Of a stretch of DNA of 64,000 nucleotides, positions 40,502-53,818 are shown piece by piece (positions within the stretch are counted from its first letter, which is position 1; each line of letters begins with the position of its first letter). This stretch comes from Azolla caroliniana (taxonomy: Eukaryota > Plantae > Polypodiophyta), in assembly GCA_043228905.1 (NCBI GenBank), contig JBHGNT010000001.1:29822001-29886000 (forward strand), read 5' to 3'. The notes under the pieces are model-generated. The model searched no databases. It was not told where the DNA came from and worked only from the letters and a program-made list of their open reading frames with translations. The translations under genes and the position numbers were made by a program.

Positions 40502-43500
40502 CTATAGGGGAGGATAAAAGTATGAACTTAAAGAGAATCCCAGAAACAAGAGACCTCCAACTGTTGCAACCGTTCTTTGAGAAATTTTCAATGCTAGCAG
40601 GCGGCCACCAATCACCGCAAGAGTAGTGCATATTGTATGACCTGCAGTTGCACCAACTGTGACTCCGAACGCATTTTTATGTGTTGCCAGCTACAAAAAC
40701 GCAACACGCAGATTAGCATTGTTGCGAGCAAAATCAAACTATGAGAAGAAGAAAAAAAATTTAAAAATTAAGTTATGTGCATTTATATGCACGGATCAAT
40801 AGATACACACCGCAATAGTAGCAATCTGACTTCTATCGCCCCATTCTGCCAAGAAAGTCAAAATGAACGCCTGTAAAAAAAACATCAAGTTTTCTGGTGT
40901 GAAGCATGGCTTTCACAATTTCAAGAATCGCATGATATAAGACAACTTTGCATTAATATTTTTACAACTTGCGGATGCAGATCCACACCCTTCTTGGGAT
41001 GCTTGCTAAGTGAAAATGATAATGAAAAGATACATAATTATATAGCAAAACAACTTCGGATAGATTGTTGATGCACCTTCTTACCTCCAAAAAGATAGGT
41101 GTGCAGAAGCGTGATAGAACTTTCCTCCAGACAGTCTTGCCTTGTGGAGCCCCTTCAAGTTTTTCTTCAACCTAAACAATCAAGCATTCAACACAAGTAT
41201 AAACCATTTCTCCAAACACTAGAAAATTAAAAGGAACAGCATAGAAGCACCATCAGAAACATGTTATATTCAGAGCATATGTACATGGATATAGCAATTG
41301 GAACCTTCTCCATTAAGGAGATCATGCTGTATGCCAATACATAGTATGATTACTAGCTACTTTATCACAGTAACAATGTTGAAGTAAAAAGTCCATGAAC
41401 ATGTGATAGTTTCTATTGCACACAAGAAGTAGCTTTGAATGGTGAAACTTGCCATCATCGCCTAGATAATCAAAATAAGTCATAGGAATGAGTTGATTGT
41501 GCCATTTATCTAAGAGTTCCTCAAACAGATGTCATTGTGAACGTTTCAGGCAATTGGTGAAATGCTACGAAAGATAAGTTAAATTTATTTATTTATTTTA
41601 ATTGTTTAAAATTAACATTTCAATTTCTTTTTTTGAAGTTTTTGCCCCTATTCCTCTTCCTCCTCTTCACCTTCATCCTTCTCCTCTCCCTACTTTTTCC
41701 TTTTGTTTCTACAACTCCTTTTTTACTCCTGGTCCCTTGTGCTGGCATTGCAGCCTCTTGTTGCATGGTCCTCACTCCTCCCTTCTTCACTCTCCTTTAC
41801 TTGCTTACAAGTATACTGTGTATTCCATAAATAATATAAATGTTTCAGCCATATTGTGGTGTGCATGTGTTCCTTTGTGCCACCCTTTTTAGGACGCATG
41901 TAGGAAAGCCAACCCAAATGGGTACCTTTGTATCGACTATAAATTGAACAAGAAGTAAGAAGCTAGGCAGGCTGGTTTTGATCTCTTTATGTGCATTTCA
42001 CAGGGTGCGCTAAAAGGATGGGTTGGCTTAGATACATGCATGCTAAAAAGGGTGTGCTAAAAGGGTGGTACAAAGGAACACATGCACACCACAATATGTT
42101 TCAACTCGACCCTACAAGAGACTGAAATATTTTGAGGATGAAACATATGCAGCATTGAAAGAGATCTCAACCTTGAGCACCTTCTCATAAGTAGTTCTTA
42201 AAAGTCTGATAACCTACTCGCAGGGTCCTCTCTTCCCCCTTTTTCATTCCCCATCTCTTGCATATGAGTATATTGTGTATCCTATAAATTTAATAAATGT
42301 TTCAGCCTGATAACACCCTACCAGCAATGACATTATGTAAACATTGAAAGAGATTTCAATGTAGAGCATCTTCTGATAAGTAAATCATAAAAGTTCAACA
42401 CCTAGTTGCAGCTCCAACTAAGAACAAATATTATCTAATAGTACAGATACCTTTAACAAGAGACAAACTGTCCACACTATATTCATCAGCCACAAGCACA
42501 GTGGCAGACACAAATTTCTACAATAATAAATTCAAATCAATTTCTCTTTTTTCTGATATCTAGTAAGGAATAGATGGAAAACGTTACATTCAGTGAAGCA
42601 ATGGAAACAAGCATGGGAGTGAGATAGATTCTGATACTTGAGAACATGAAGATTAATAAATTGGCAATCCAATAACAAGTCAAAATAGAGATTACTGTTT
42701 TTAGGCATCAGGTCACAAGCAGAAATTGGCATCAGGGACCAAAACCACCCATAACATAAGAAAATACAACCAAACCATAGCTAGAGTCTCAAATGTTCAT
42801 AACCAACATACCTCCTCAAACTCCTTTTGCTGTGAAACTTTGGAGTTTGATCTCCATGCAATATAAAGTAGCCGGACCCCAAAGAATGCATAGAGGACTG
42901 CATGAAAACATGGCATTGTAACATGAAGCAAATGCAACCATAACATTGGACATATTTTGCCTTATATATTTAGTAGACACTTCTGCATAAATTCTACAAC
43001 CAGTTTACATCTGCCACATAACCAAATTGAGCATAACCTCACCGGTAGCAGCATTATTTGTGTGCTTTTTGGATATCAAGTTAGGCACAATTCTTCCAAG
43101 CCCTGTCGAAAGGACCTATTCAAGCACAAGGAAGTGATCGATATCAAGAACATGTCACATTCGCAAAGCGTGCACATTATATTTGATGTCAATGAAAATA
43201 CTTACAGTCATTATCACAAGAGCACTTAAAGCACCAGAAAGCACGATGGTGCGAGGATGCCGCATTGCTAACAAAGCTGCAATGATAAATGTCTCATCAC
43301 CAATCTGCACAGATTTCTAACGTTTGATATGTGGATCTAGAATGCAGGCACCTTAGTGTTTTCTTCAGACATAGTCTTAACATTTCTTAACTATAGAGCA
43401 AGTTCAACAATTGAGTTTTTCTTGGAAAATAGTGCACAAGATCAACCAATAAAAAAACTAATTTTACCTCGGTGACAAGAATCATGGAGAAGCTCGTGAG

Positions 43501-44042
43501 GAGCGAATCCAGAAGTCCTCCAGACATTTTCAAGTCACCGTCGGCATTCAGCCAATCATCAGCTTTTTCTTCTCCATCCTCGGCTTTATGGAAAAGCTTT
43601 TAACAGCACATCACATTAACACACAGAGAGATAATTGAAATCGCACACATGAAAAATCGAAATCATGTAAGGAATTTGGGATCAAGAAAGTAGCAGTACC
43701 TTGGTGCGGAATGAGGATTGATGATGTTTGAGATCGCCATCAGCCGTCGCAATGCTGTCTCCTATTCCCTTTCAAGCAAACAAGAGAAAATCAAGCTTAA
43801 ATCACTCAGATCTGACATAAGAATGAACATATCTTGATATTTAACAATCAGAAGTAAAAGAAAAAGGAAATCAGAGAAACGGGACAATCTTCAGCAAGTA
43901 CCTGTTCTGTAGATGCGGCAGATGAGGAGATAGATACTGCAACGAAGAAGAGGGTGAGGATGAGGAGGGAAGCTCGAGGGTAGGAAAGCATGAATGCACG
44001 ACTCCTGAGCTTATCACGTGATGCAGCAACAGCAGCAGGCAT
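40502..44042 (-). CDS. GDT1-like / UPF0016 (TMEM165 family) Ca2+/Mn2+ transporter, PML3-type (secretory, signal peptide)
   Basis: Exons 44042-43902, 43768-43700, 43596-43468, 43304-43206, 43115-43043, 42897-42812, 41171-41085, 40870-40811, 40690-40502 (GT-AG, 933 nt). Both family motifs are present: EIGDET and EWGDRSQ. An alternative start at 43991 (MLSYPR) precedes the hydrophobic signal. Confidence 0.93.
41850..42098. mobile_element. Foldback MITE in GDT1 intron 6
   Basis: Inverted arms catattgtggtgtgcatgtgttcctttgt(g/a)ccaccctttt..gcatgta..aagccaaccca, about 65 bp. Imperfect flanking duplication tttcagc/tttcaac. Confidence 0.75.
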
Positions 44043-44243
44043 GGCTACCTCCAACCTATTCCTTGCTGCTTCACAGTTTATCTACCCATTTCCCACCCTT
44101 CTCACGTGATGAGGGAAAAAGGCACTACTTTAAAAAAAAGAAAATAATAATAATAAAACACGGATATGACTTGCCTGTCAGTCAATCACCAAGCATGTGA
44201 AGAAGAAAGAGAGACAGACAGAAACAGAGTAGCCATGGCACCC

Positions 44244-44790
44244 TTCTTAGGGGTGGTTATTTTTATATCAATACATACCAACGAGTTGGAGGGGTAGCTT
44301 CCGGAGATCCCCCCCCCCCCCGAGGGTGCGTGCCGCTCTTCTTAGGGCTGCTTATCAATTCATACCAACGAATTGGAGGGGTCGCTTCGGGAGATCCGAG
44401 GGTGGGTGCCACTCTTCTTCGTTCGTCCGCCCTCTCATTTCACGTGTGTACGCATCCGACTCCTCGTTATGGTGCTTACTGTTATACTCATCGTGAATCG
44501 CCCTCGTATCATTTTTCCTTCTTCATTTGTGTGTGTCGTGTGTGTGCACATGCATGCTGAGAAACCAAATGCGCATATACCTAGCCATCGTTTATTGCCC
44601 GCCAAAATCAGACATTATTGCAACATCATATCGGCCCCTACGAAACAAACTCTACTTAACAAATGTGTCGTGTGTGCACATGCATGCTGAGAAACCAAAT
44701 GGGCATATACCTAGCCATTGTTTATTGCCAGCCAATATTAGACATTATTGCTACATCAAATCGGCCCCTACTAAACATACGCTACCTAGT
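44244..44790. repeat. Two tandem duplications (about 80-94 bp and about 133 bp) upstream of GDT1; probable TE remnant
   Basis: cataccaacga.ttggaggggt.gcttc.ggagatcc occurs twice; gtgtcgtgtgtgcacatgcatgctgagaaaccaaatg.gcatatacctagccat..tcggccccta occurs twice. Confidence 0.75.
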
Positions 44791-46282
44791 TTCCTTTGCA
44801 TTGGACGTTATTGTTTGCAACAAACTGAAATGATAAGCTATGGGTCATAATTGATTATCATCTTAATTATAACAAATACTAACATTGTCTCTACACAATT
44901 TAACAAACTTCACATTGCTTTCTTAGCATCTACTTGAGTGTTACAACAATGTGGAATGGTAAGCATTGGTTGTTTTCTATTCTCACATTAATTGCATCAA
45001 ACACTAGCTTAAAACTGAACATGAACATTTACTCATGTTCTTTTCGCAACAAATTCTATCTAATGACCCCCCCCCCCCCCCCCCCAATTGTAGTTAAGGC
45101 CTTACAACTCCAGGTTTATGCTTTGGATTAATGATCAGTACTCTTACAATATTGGACAATCATCACTCAACTCCAACAACATCAACAATGATCCTCATGG
45201 CACATGAGATTTTTCTCACTATACTTTTAAGTTACTTATGTTTGTGATTTTCCAAGGTACAGCTTCTTTTGCTAAAGAAGCATGCATCGAAAACTACAAA
45301 AAGCTCATCAACAAAAATCCATAATATTTGATATACATAAACATTGATGAGCATCATCCATGCACACAGTTTTAAATCCTTCTGTAAGAGAGATGATTTA
45401 ATCATACAAAATACAAAATACATCTCAATCAAAAACGAAACTCGAAATCAATCTACACACTCTTTTCCGAATGGAAATGAGAACCCCCTTTTCTTTGTTC
45501 TAGCTTAGCTTCATCTACTTCTTTAAATCTGATGTTTTATCCACTTATAAACATAAGAAACTACTCCTAATAATAGGTTCCTGCACCGTCAAGTTTGTCA
45601 TCTTAAGAAAGAATGAATATGCATTCCTACAGTCATTAAATATGAACATATTTTTATGATCATCATGAGGTCCCTCTATTTTTGTAATGAACAGGGAGTT
45701 TCTGTTCTACATTGTCGAAGCAGCACTGATGATTTTCAGGATATAATAAAAATATTAGATTAAGCCAACATATTTTAGAGAATGAAATCAAAATACACAC
45801 AACACAAGCTTGCAATTGGTCAGTATGATGACAAGATTGAACATTTTATAAGAGCTGGCATAGGTACATACAAGGCCCTGATTCTGGAACCTGAACCTGA
45901 ATGGATTTGATTCTAGTGGGCAGCCAAAGTTAGCTGATACCGACAACTCTTTGCATATATAAAGACAGTATGGCAGGTTCTTTCAAGATATCATGTCCGC
46001 CAGAAGGCATGAAGTAATAAGACATTTTTTACACCTTCATGAAGTGCATGTGCAGCAAAGAAACGCAAGCACAAGGACCTGAAACCAAGTACTGAATGAC
46101 TGTCGATAAGTACAGGGGAAGTTTAGCAACGTTCAGGCCTAATGTCTAAAACTGTGACATGCAGCTCCAGCTTCAAAATCACATGTTGGCTGCTTCAAAG
46201 CCAGACGGTGTGAATCCCATCAAGGGGGAAAAAGGCTACAAACAGTTTCAAAGAATCAACACTGGATCCTAAAACGAATGGT

Positions 46283-48586
46283 TTACAACGTAGTGGTGTT
46301 CAGGAAGACATCATCTGGTTTGCACTCATCTTCATCAAACGCAAAGAGCTCGCCATCCTTGTCTTCGTCACTAGTGAAGTCTCTGTGGTATAGTCTCGCA
46401 TGAGAAGAAATGTAGATCATTTTCTGTGCTTTCTCAGCTGCAACTCGGGTATTTGCATTCCGATACACCCACTTCCATATCGACAAATTGCATTTCAGAC
46501 TGCTTGATGTGGCATGTAGAAACATCAACCGCACGGCAACCTTGCCAAGTACTTTGAACTCACTAAGGCATGTTTCCCACACAAGCCTTCTGCTCTGAGA
46601 ACTGACAGGCTTAAGCTTTCCTGTCATGGGGTCCCTCTCTTTCATTTGCACAGCCTGCGCATAGAGTGGGTCTAGTCCATTTGCTCTCCATTTCAAAAGT
46701 TCCATCACTGCAACATGGGCCTCTTCCCGAGACACAAGCCTAGTGATGAGGTGATCCACATCTTTTTCTTGCTCAGCTGTCAAGCATTTGAAAGGCGGCA
46801 AGTACTTTCCACCGGGGTCCCTAATCAGATACAGTGGGTCGAGGACGAAAGCAGCAGACCATGCTGGGTGATAGTTCTTATTAAACCGTTTCTCGATCAC
46901 CTGATCAATGCAGCCCTCGTTCTTGTCATAACGGGTGAACCAATCTTTTACTTTGGTCTTGAAATCGACCCACAAAGGTAGGCACTGGCTGACTGAGGGC
47001 CTCTCTGCTTCTATCTCTTGGATCGTTCCTTTAACCAGCTTCACAAGTGACAAAACAGCCTCCAGGTCAGTCCAAAATCTCATGTCTGAGACCATCTCAA
47101 CCACCTCTCGGCCTATCGGATCATCTGTAAAGGCCATCTTGAAGGAATCATCCATGCCCACCAGCTGAAGAACCCGTGCAGAGTCTGCAATGTCTTCGGC
47201 TATGGAGATGGCATATAGATGCTGTGGCAATTCCGAATAATGCATTCCCGAGAGGGGTGTCCTCAATAGCTTGAGGCTATCAATTTCATTCCCTTGCAGC
47301 TTTAATAAATAGTTCCATGCAGGCGGCTTACTGGCAAAGAAATTCATTATCTTCCTGCAATCATTATCCACGGTTCTGAAGAGGGAGCTGTGCTTAAAAA
47401 AGCTCTTCAGTAGGCTACTAAAACCATGAATTTGGCAGGGTAAGTTCACCATCCACCTGTTCTTATACTCCAATGACTGTAACGCCTTGAGCGTATGTTT
47501 ATCTGCATCAGCCACTATACCAACACATCGTTCTGGGTTCGAGTCACACACGACAACTGCTGCCTCCCACAGGGTCTCCTCAGCAAGCTTAGCAGAGGGG
47601 CAAGGACCACCACTCAGAGTGATAACCTTGTGAAAGAGGCTAGTTCCATTGGGCAAGTTGAGGGTCACATTGACTAGTGTTTCACCCATCACAGTCACCC
47701 TCTTCCACCACCCATCAGACGAAAGCTGAAAGAACAAGGCATCACGAAGCCTCGCTTCCGACTCCATTCTCACCTCTTCGAATTTGGCATCTAGCTTGGG
47801 ACCTGCTAGATACCGCCTGCTGACGGTCGGAAGGCCAACGAGGCTCAAGAATGCCTTGAATTTGGGATGCTCCATGCAGGAGAAGGAGACAGAGCCACAC
47901 GACTCGTAGAGCCACTCGGCGAGCAAGTTGAGGGCCGATTCGATTTGGCCGTTGCTGAGGGCGGGGCCGCCGCCGTTCTTTCCCCCTCCACCTCCACCTC
48001 CACCTCCACCAGAGGGGCTCTTCAATTTCTTCACATTGTCTTCAAGAAGGGCGAGGGCGCCCAAGTCCTCTTTGCCGCCGGAAAGCAAGAGAGGCGGGGC
48101 GGCAGCGCGAAGGAGCATGTCCTCGACCGTGGCGGAGGCGAGGGGGGGAGCGGGGAGGGCAGGGACAGAGGAAGGGGCATTCCTCTTCCTGTTGAGGGGG
48201 CCTCCAGCCCCGGAATTCGCTCTATGGGGAGGGTTGTGGTTAGAAGTGGTGGGGGTGGAGGGGGGCGGGGCACAGGCCAGGGGCTTGGGGACGACGCCAT
48301 TGAAATTAGGGCAGGTTCCACGCTTGAGGTGCTCCGAGGCAGTGCGGGAAGGGTTGGATGCAGAGAACAGGGCAGCACACAGCCCACACCGCAGCTTCAC
48401 GGCTTTGGCCGCCCCTGTGCTCTGGTTCTGCACCAGGATGGGCTCCAGGTGGGCCCAATACCAGGCTCCTTTACCTTTCACGGCCTTGGTCCGAACTGTG
48501 ACCAGACCTTCGTACCTCTTGTGGAGGGCCTTGACGGAGAGGTCGTCGTCCGCGGAGGCCGCATGTGAAGAAGTAAGAGCCATCAT
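46283..48586 (-). CDS. Intronless domesticated hAT-transposase-derived protein (BED-like zinc finger plus RNase-H-like/hAT core; At1g12380/At1g62870-like), about 767 aa
   Basis: Single ORF with ATG at 48586. KGKGAWYWAHLEP..LRCGLC..SNPSRTASEHLKRGTCP (BED-like), FQLSSDGW, CQIH (CxxH), YHPAWSAAFVLDP, LGKVAVRLMFLHATS. No TIRs seen. Confidence 0.9.
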   Translation of the reverse strand: MMALTSSHAASADDDLSVKALHKRYEGLVTVRTKAVKGKGAWYWAHLEPILVQNQSTGAAKAVKLRCGLCAALFSASNPSRTASEHLKRGTCPNFNGVVPKPLACAPPPSTPTTSNHNPPHRANSGAGGPLNRKRNAPSSVPALPAPPLASATVEDMLLRAAAPPLLLSGGKEDLGALALLEDNVKKLKSPSGGGGGGGGGGKNGGGPALSNGQIESALNLLAEWLYESCGSVSFSCMEHPKFKAFLSLVGLPTVSRRYLAGPKLDAKFEEVRMESEARLRDALFFQLSSDGWWKRVTVMGETLVNVTLNLPNGTSLFHKVITLSGGPCPSAKLAEETLWEAAVVVCDSNPERCVGIVADADKHTLKALQSLEYKNRWMVNLPCQIHGFSSLLKSFFKHSSLFRTVDNDCRKIMNFFASKPPAWNYLLKLQGNEIDSLKLLRTPLSGMHYSELPQHLYAISIAEDIADSARVLQLVGMDDSFKMAFTDDPIGREVVEMVSDMRFWTDLEAVLSLVKLVKGTIQEIEAERPSVSQCLPLWVDFKTKVKDWFTRYDKNEGCIDQVIEKRFNKNYHPAWSAAFVLDPLYLIRDPGGKYLPPFKCLTAEQEKDVDHLITRLVSREEAHVAVMELLKWRANGLDPLYAQAVQMKERDPMTGKLKPVSSQSRRLVWETCLSEFKVLGKVAVRLMFLHATSSSLKCNLSIWKWVYRNANTRVAAEKAQKMIYISSHARLYHRDFTSDEDKDGELFAFDEDECKPDDVFLNTTTL

Positions 48587-48970
48587 GAGACACACACACA
48601 CACAGACAGATAGAGCCAACGAACGAGAGAGATAAAGAGAGAGAAGCTGCGAAGGAGAGACAGGGAGGGAATTCGTGTTGCTTCGTCTTTCTTCACCCTG
48701 CAGCTCTGAAGCAGAAGGAGGGAGTTGCGAGGTCGGGCATGTCGCAGAGGAGGAAGGAAGGAAGAGGGGCCCCAGATCTATGACTCCACCATGCCTCCTT
48801 GGAGAAATGGGGGAGATTTCTGAGCTGAGATCTGTGGGAACCTGTACAAAGAAATTGACGGCGGAGCCTGCACAGTCGAAGAAAGGAAGAGAAGGGAAGG
48901 GGGGGAAGGGCGGGTCCTCTGTTTTTCTTTGGATGCCTCTGTGTATGTGTGTGTGTGTGTGTGTGTGTGT

Positions 48971-49006
<36 letters not shown>

Positions 49007-49389
49007 AGAGAGGAGAGGGGTCTAGTAATACGTTGCGTTTTGTGCTGCTTTCTGCTTTCTGCTTTCTGCTGTTCGTGGTCGTCTTCTGAGGGAGAGAGAG
49101 TTAGGTATGTATGTATGTATGTATGTATGTATGTATGTACATATGTGGGTAGGTAGATAGGTATGTATGTATGTATGTATATATGCAGGAATGTATGAAT
49201 GAATGAAAGGATTTATATCCTTCCAGCCAGCCTATAGTCTTGAAAAACTCTAACCATCTTTTAGCCCGCTTCTACCCCCCCCCCCCCAAAATCGCCTCAC
49301 TTTCGGTAACATTGAGCGTATTTAGATGAACGTGTATCCATTGTTATGTCTTCAAATCAATGTCATCACGATCCCAAATTTCTAAGTTG

Positions 49390-52300
49390 CAGACCGCATC
49401 CACCTACAAGTAGCGGGTGCGGAAGAGTGGTGCATTGGAGGGTATTTTAATATGATCGAATCCATTCACGATAGCTCCACACAACAACCCCGTAGTTCTA
49501 CAAGGAAGGGAACGTAAACAATGGGAGAAGCTATGTGTACACCTGCACCTACGAGACATCTAGCATTCTGACAACTTCCAACGAAAATGGATTCTCTCCT
49601 ATTCTCCCGACCAGACGGGCAGAATAGTGAACCCACCCTATCTCGCATTGATTGCATTTATGTCGCATAACTCTAGGCACGATTTTCTCTGACCATTACC
49701 CGATAGCTGGTCATTTTCAATTGCACCGAAAATGGGGCCCATTCCAGACTCGCATCCCACATGCTATTTACACATTTATAGAGGTGAAGGACCAACTCTC
49801 CAACCAATGGTCATTACCCGTCAATGACTCATCAACATCTAACAAACTTCTAGCTAAATTAACAAGAGCTTCAACTCTCCTACATGAGATTGTCAAGACT
49901 AGAAGCAAGGATGCTCAGGAGAAGCGACAAAGGACAAAACGGGGACTAATAGCCTTACAACGACTCCAACAGAGATACTCGTCATGTATTTGGATCACAA
50001 GACAAGTCGTCACAGCCAAACATGAACTCAACATGGCGGAAAAGGAAATATATGACATGGAGTTTCATGGAAGCATGGCACGATGGTTTCGAGTAGGGGA
50101 CAAAACACGAAGGAATTCTTCCGCTCCAAAGGCCCGAGGCATGCTAGAACAGTGATGTGCAGCCTCAACCGAGAGGATGGAACGACCACTGAGGATGGCG
50201 ACGAAATGAGGAATACATGGCTCGTGCATCCCCTATCAATCATTGAGATATGGGAGGCCCTCTCTGATCTGGATGCCGATAGTTGCCCCGGAATCAACGG
50301 CCTCACCTCACACTTTTTCACATGCCTTTGGGACACTATTAAAGAAGACCTCCTCCAGGCATATGAGGAGATCATCACCTCTAGAAGCATGCCGAAGGAA
50401 TTTGGACAGGGGATGATACATCTCATTCCTAAAAGTGGTAGGAGTGCCAACGACATTAACAAGTGGCAGCCCATAACTCTTCTCAATATTGTATTTAAGT
50501 TGCTCGCAAAAATCGTGGCACGCCGTTTAACACCACTTCTCCCTCAACTCATTCATCCGTCCCAAACAGGGTTCGTTAGAAATCGGAGCATCCTAGACAA
50601 CCTCTTCTCATTCTGGGAAGCAATAGCCCTTGCCAAGCATACCAACAACAAGGTAGCGGTGGTGCTACTAGATTTTGAGAAAGCCTACGACAGAGTATGT
50701 TGGAACTTTCTAGAAAGTGTGATGGGGGAACTCGGCTTTCACGAGAGATGGATCAAAGGCATTGCAGGACTTTATAGGAACGACAGTAGTTCCTTTCTCC
50801 GAATATCCCGATCCATACGACAGGGATGCCCACTAGCTCCATCCTTATTTCTATTATATGTCAAAGCACTCTCTTGCTTCTTCAACTCGTGGCATCTCAA
50901 CCTACGTGGTCTTCCCGTACCTCATTCTCACCAAAGTATCCTAGATATAGAATTTGCAGATGACACAACGGTCTACCTGCAAGGGAACTTGGAAAACCTC
51001 CAAAAGCTAGAAAGTGGGCTAGCCGTATTTTGCAAGAGATCCAATGCCATGATCAATTGGCACAAATCTTGCACAATATGGCTTTCTCATGAAACACATC
51101 CGGCACGGCACCCACATCTTGCTTTCAAATGGATCGATCAAGGAGCGAGCACCAAATATTTGGGTTTCCAAATTGGTTTCAACATACCGTCAGAGACTAT
51201 GATTGCACCCGTTATCCATTCCATTCAACAAAAGTTGATACATTGGAGCTCGAAAAAACTGTCACTAGCGGGTTGCATCATAGTGGCAAACCAGGTACTA
51301 CTCGCAACAGCATGGTACAATCTATCATGTTGGACAATCTCCAAGGAAAGTATACATCATATTCAACAACTGGTCCACAACTACATTTGGTCTGGTAAAG
51401 AAGACCATGTAGCTCGCGCCAAGGTGGCGTGGCCTATCCTCACAACACCTAAGTCGAGAGGGGGATTGGGTCTTATTGATTCCCTTTCACAATCAAAAGC
51501 CTTACTTGCCAAATTTGTGGTGCGAGGACTCCAACCAGGAAATGACTATTGGAAACTACTACTACAATTATGTTTCGCCTACTTTAGGCCACAAAAAGGG
51601 GTCAATTGGGCCCCCAAACGGGATGGATTCTAAACATGGACCTCAAACCTAGTTTCTCCTACCAATTGGAGGATAGATTTAGTGCATCCATGTGGAAGAC
51701 ATGGTGTGACATTAGACAAGGGCTCAAGTGCGATCAACCGAGATCCGAACCTGCCCGGCTCAGTCAATGTATCCTATGGAACCCATGTATCAAGGATGAA
51801 TCTAATCAACTCCTGGGATCACGTAAGGGGTTGTCATGGGGATACATTGCAGAAGGTCCAGGAAAAAGTATAGAATGTTGGCGACGGTTTATGTCACTGC
51901 CACTATAAGATCAAGCCAACATACTCCATGGATTCAGGGGCGGATGGACTATGAGGTCGGAAATCATTAATGCTCTATTGATTAGGGAAACTACTACTCA
52001 AAGGACGACAATGGAGAAATGGATAAGCCACGAGGAGGAGGGATCTCTGTTCCCGAGAGGTTGGGGACCACCAGACGGACTCGAAGGCTCTAAATTGCGA
52101 GACACTGAGACACCAACATAGAATAACACAATTCGAGTACTCGCATATACTAGTTATAAATGGATTGTTGATCCCGATCCGATCAAAGTACAATCCGATT
52201 GGCACATATGTACTCATGAAAACACATGGCTACGTAAGGTCAGTTGAGACCCTTTGCAATGGACATGGCGTGATCCTTACATGGGGCAAGGAAGCAAACC

Positions 52301-53170
52301 CATCCCTTTCTTCCAATTCACAACTAGATTGGGTCGCCATATTCTAGTTGCTCAAATTGCCCGAGAGCCAGTTGTTGCGAAGGTCTGGCACACATTTCAA
52401 GTTCCTCCAACAATAATCACCAAGTTTTGGCTGAAATTTTGGAAACAACAACACGTGAGGCGAATTACCACGTTCCAATGGCTATTGATACATAAGTCCC
52501 TACCGGTGGGAGCATGGCAACGTGGGACCCTTAGCTCTCCTAATTGTGTGGAGTGCCCACATGCAGTATAATCAATACGACACGCTCTGTGGAACTGCCC
52601 AACGTCCCATCAAATATGGCGGGGGGTTGGCCGCTTGTTGCAATTATGCCAGGTGCAAGGCTCAATCAAGTGGGGGCATATATGTTGGCTATCATGGCAG
52701 ACCGCAGTTGACAGATACGAGCATCAGGAGGGGATGACTTTGGTGATAAAAGAACAAGAGGTTTTTTTTCTCCTCCAGCAGCAATGTCCACTCAACTCCT
52801 CTTAATGACAAATCTCAGTTGTGTTGGAATTGGTCAGCCCAATAAACTCTTTGGATTCTATGGAAACAACGGTGTAGACGAGTCTTCTCCACCCAAACCG
52901 CGCATCCAACAAGGTTACTGCAAGAGGTATGGAGTGAAATTGTAGCCACTCTAAAGAGCAAATATGATGGCCTCAAGGGCGGCTCTGATGGAGTTGAAAG
53001 ACAACGAATAGCCTTCATCCAACAATGGTGGTCCTCTCCCTTTCTTAAGTCAGTGGGCATCCACATAAGATGGAACTATCGCGTCCCTACAGGGATTTGT
53101 ACATAATCGTCTCATTTGTAAAATTTTATAACTAATGGATGGGGTTTTTTTTTTGGAAAATAAATAAATA
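49390..53170 (+). mobile_element. Decayed L1-clade LINE (ORF2: endonuclease remnant, RT, zf-RVT), 5'-truncated and frameshifted
   Basis: GGYFNMI (about 49436), SRIDCIYV and SDHYPI (APE); WQPITLLN, QTGFVRNRSI, LDFEKAYDRV, RQGCPLAP, EFADDT, KYLG, GGLGL (RT); CVEC..H..WNCP finger near 52545; A-rich tail at 53157-53172. Weak TSD aaatttctaagttg / aaattctagttg. Confidence 0.9.
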
Positions 53171-53683
53171 AAATTCTAGTTGTTGCTTATATTTTTGAGT
53201 CATGTTTATTCGCATCGAAATCTACCTTTTGGGGTTGATGCTTCATTTTTTGCTATGCCCCAACTTCTTATGGACCATAGTACGTAAAATTCATGTTCGT
53301 CTGCCATATCATTCGTTTTCCTACGTTGGAAAACGAACATGATGATATTCAAATATTCGTGTGTGTTTTTTTTCCTTCCCCCCCCCCCTTTTCCTCTGCA
53401 CATCAACGTAACGTTACGCTCTCCTCTCCTCTCCCACCTAGCCTCGAACGATTTGCATACCAACGAGATTCAGGTATATTTAGGGTTAAAGTTCTGTAAT
53501 GAAATTTCTGAAATTTTTGTAATGAAATTATTCTATAAAGCTTGTAATTGCTTTAATTTGTCTATAATTTCTATCATTTTGAAGTAATTCGTGTAATGTC
53601 TATACACACATACTAAGCTATGTAGTACAAAAATTACAATAAATAGATTTTGATATTTACGTTTTACATTAATTTAGGAACTA

Positions 53684-53818
53684 ATGGGTAGACAAAAAGG
53701 CCTGGAGTGGGAACATGTTCTAATTCAAGTAAAGAATGCAAAAGGAACGTATTTGATGAAATGCAAATATTGTAATCATGTCTTTGTTGGTGGCCCTCAT
53801 CGAATTAGGGCCCATTAA
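53684..53818 (+). pseudogene. BED zinc-finger N-terminus of a hAT transposase (truncated remnant)
   Basis: MGRQKGLEWEHVLIQVKNAKGTYLMKCKYCNHVFVGGPHRIRAH* follows the W-x-H..C-x2-C..R-I-x2-H pattern. It is too short to appear in the ORF track. Confidence 0.7.

Noticed and set aside
47867-48635. Two ORFs of over 230 aa on the + strand
   Set aside because: Antisense shadows of the GC-rich 5' part of the hAT-derived gene, with no motifs.
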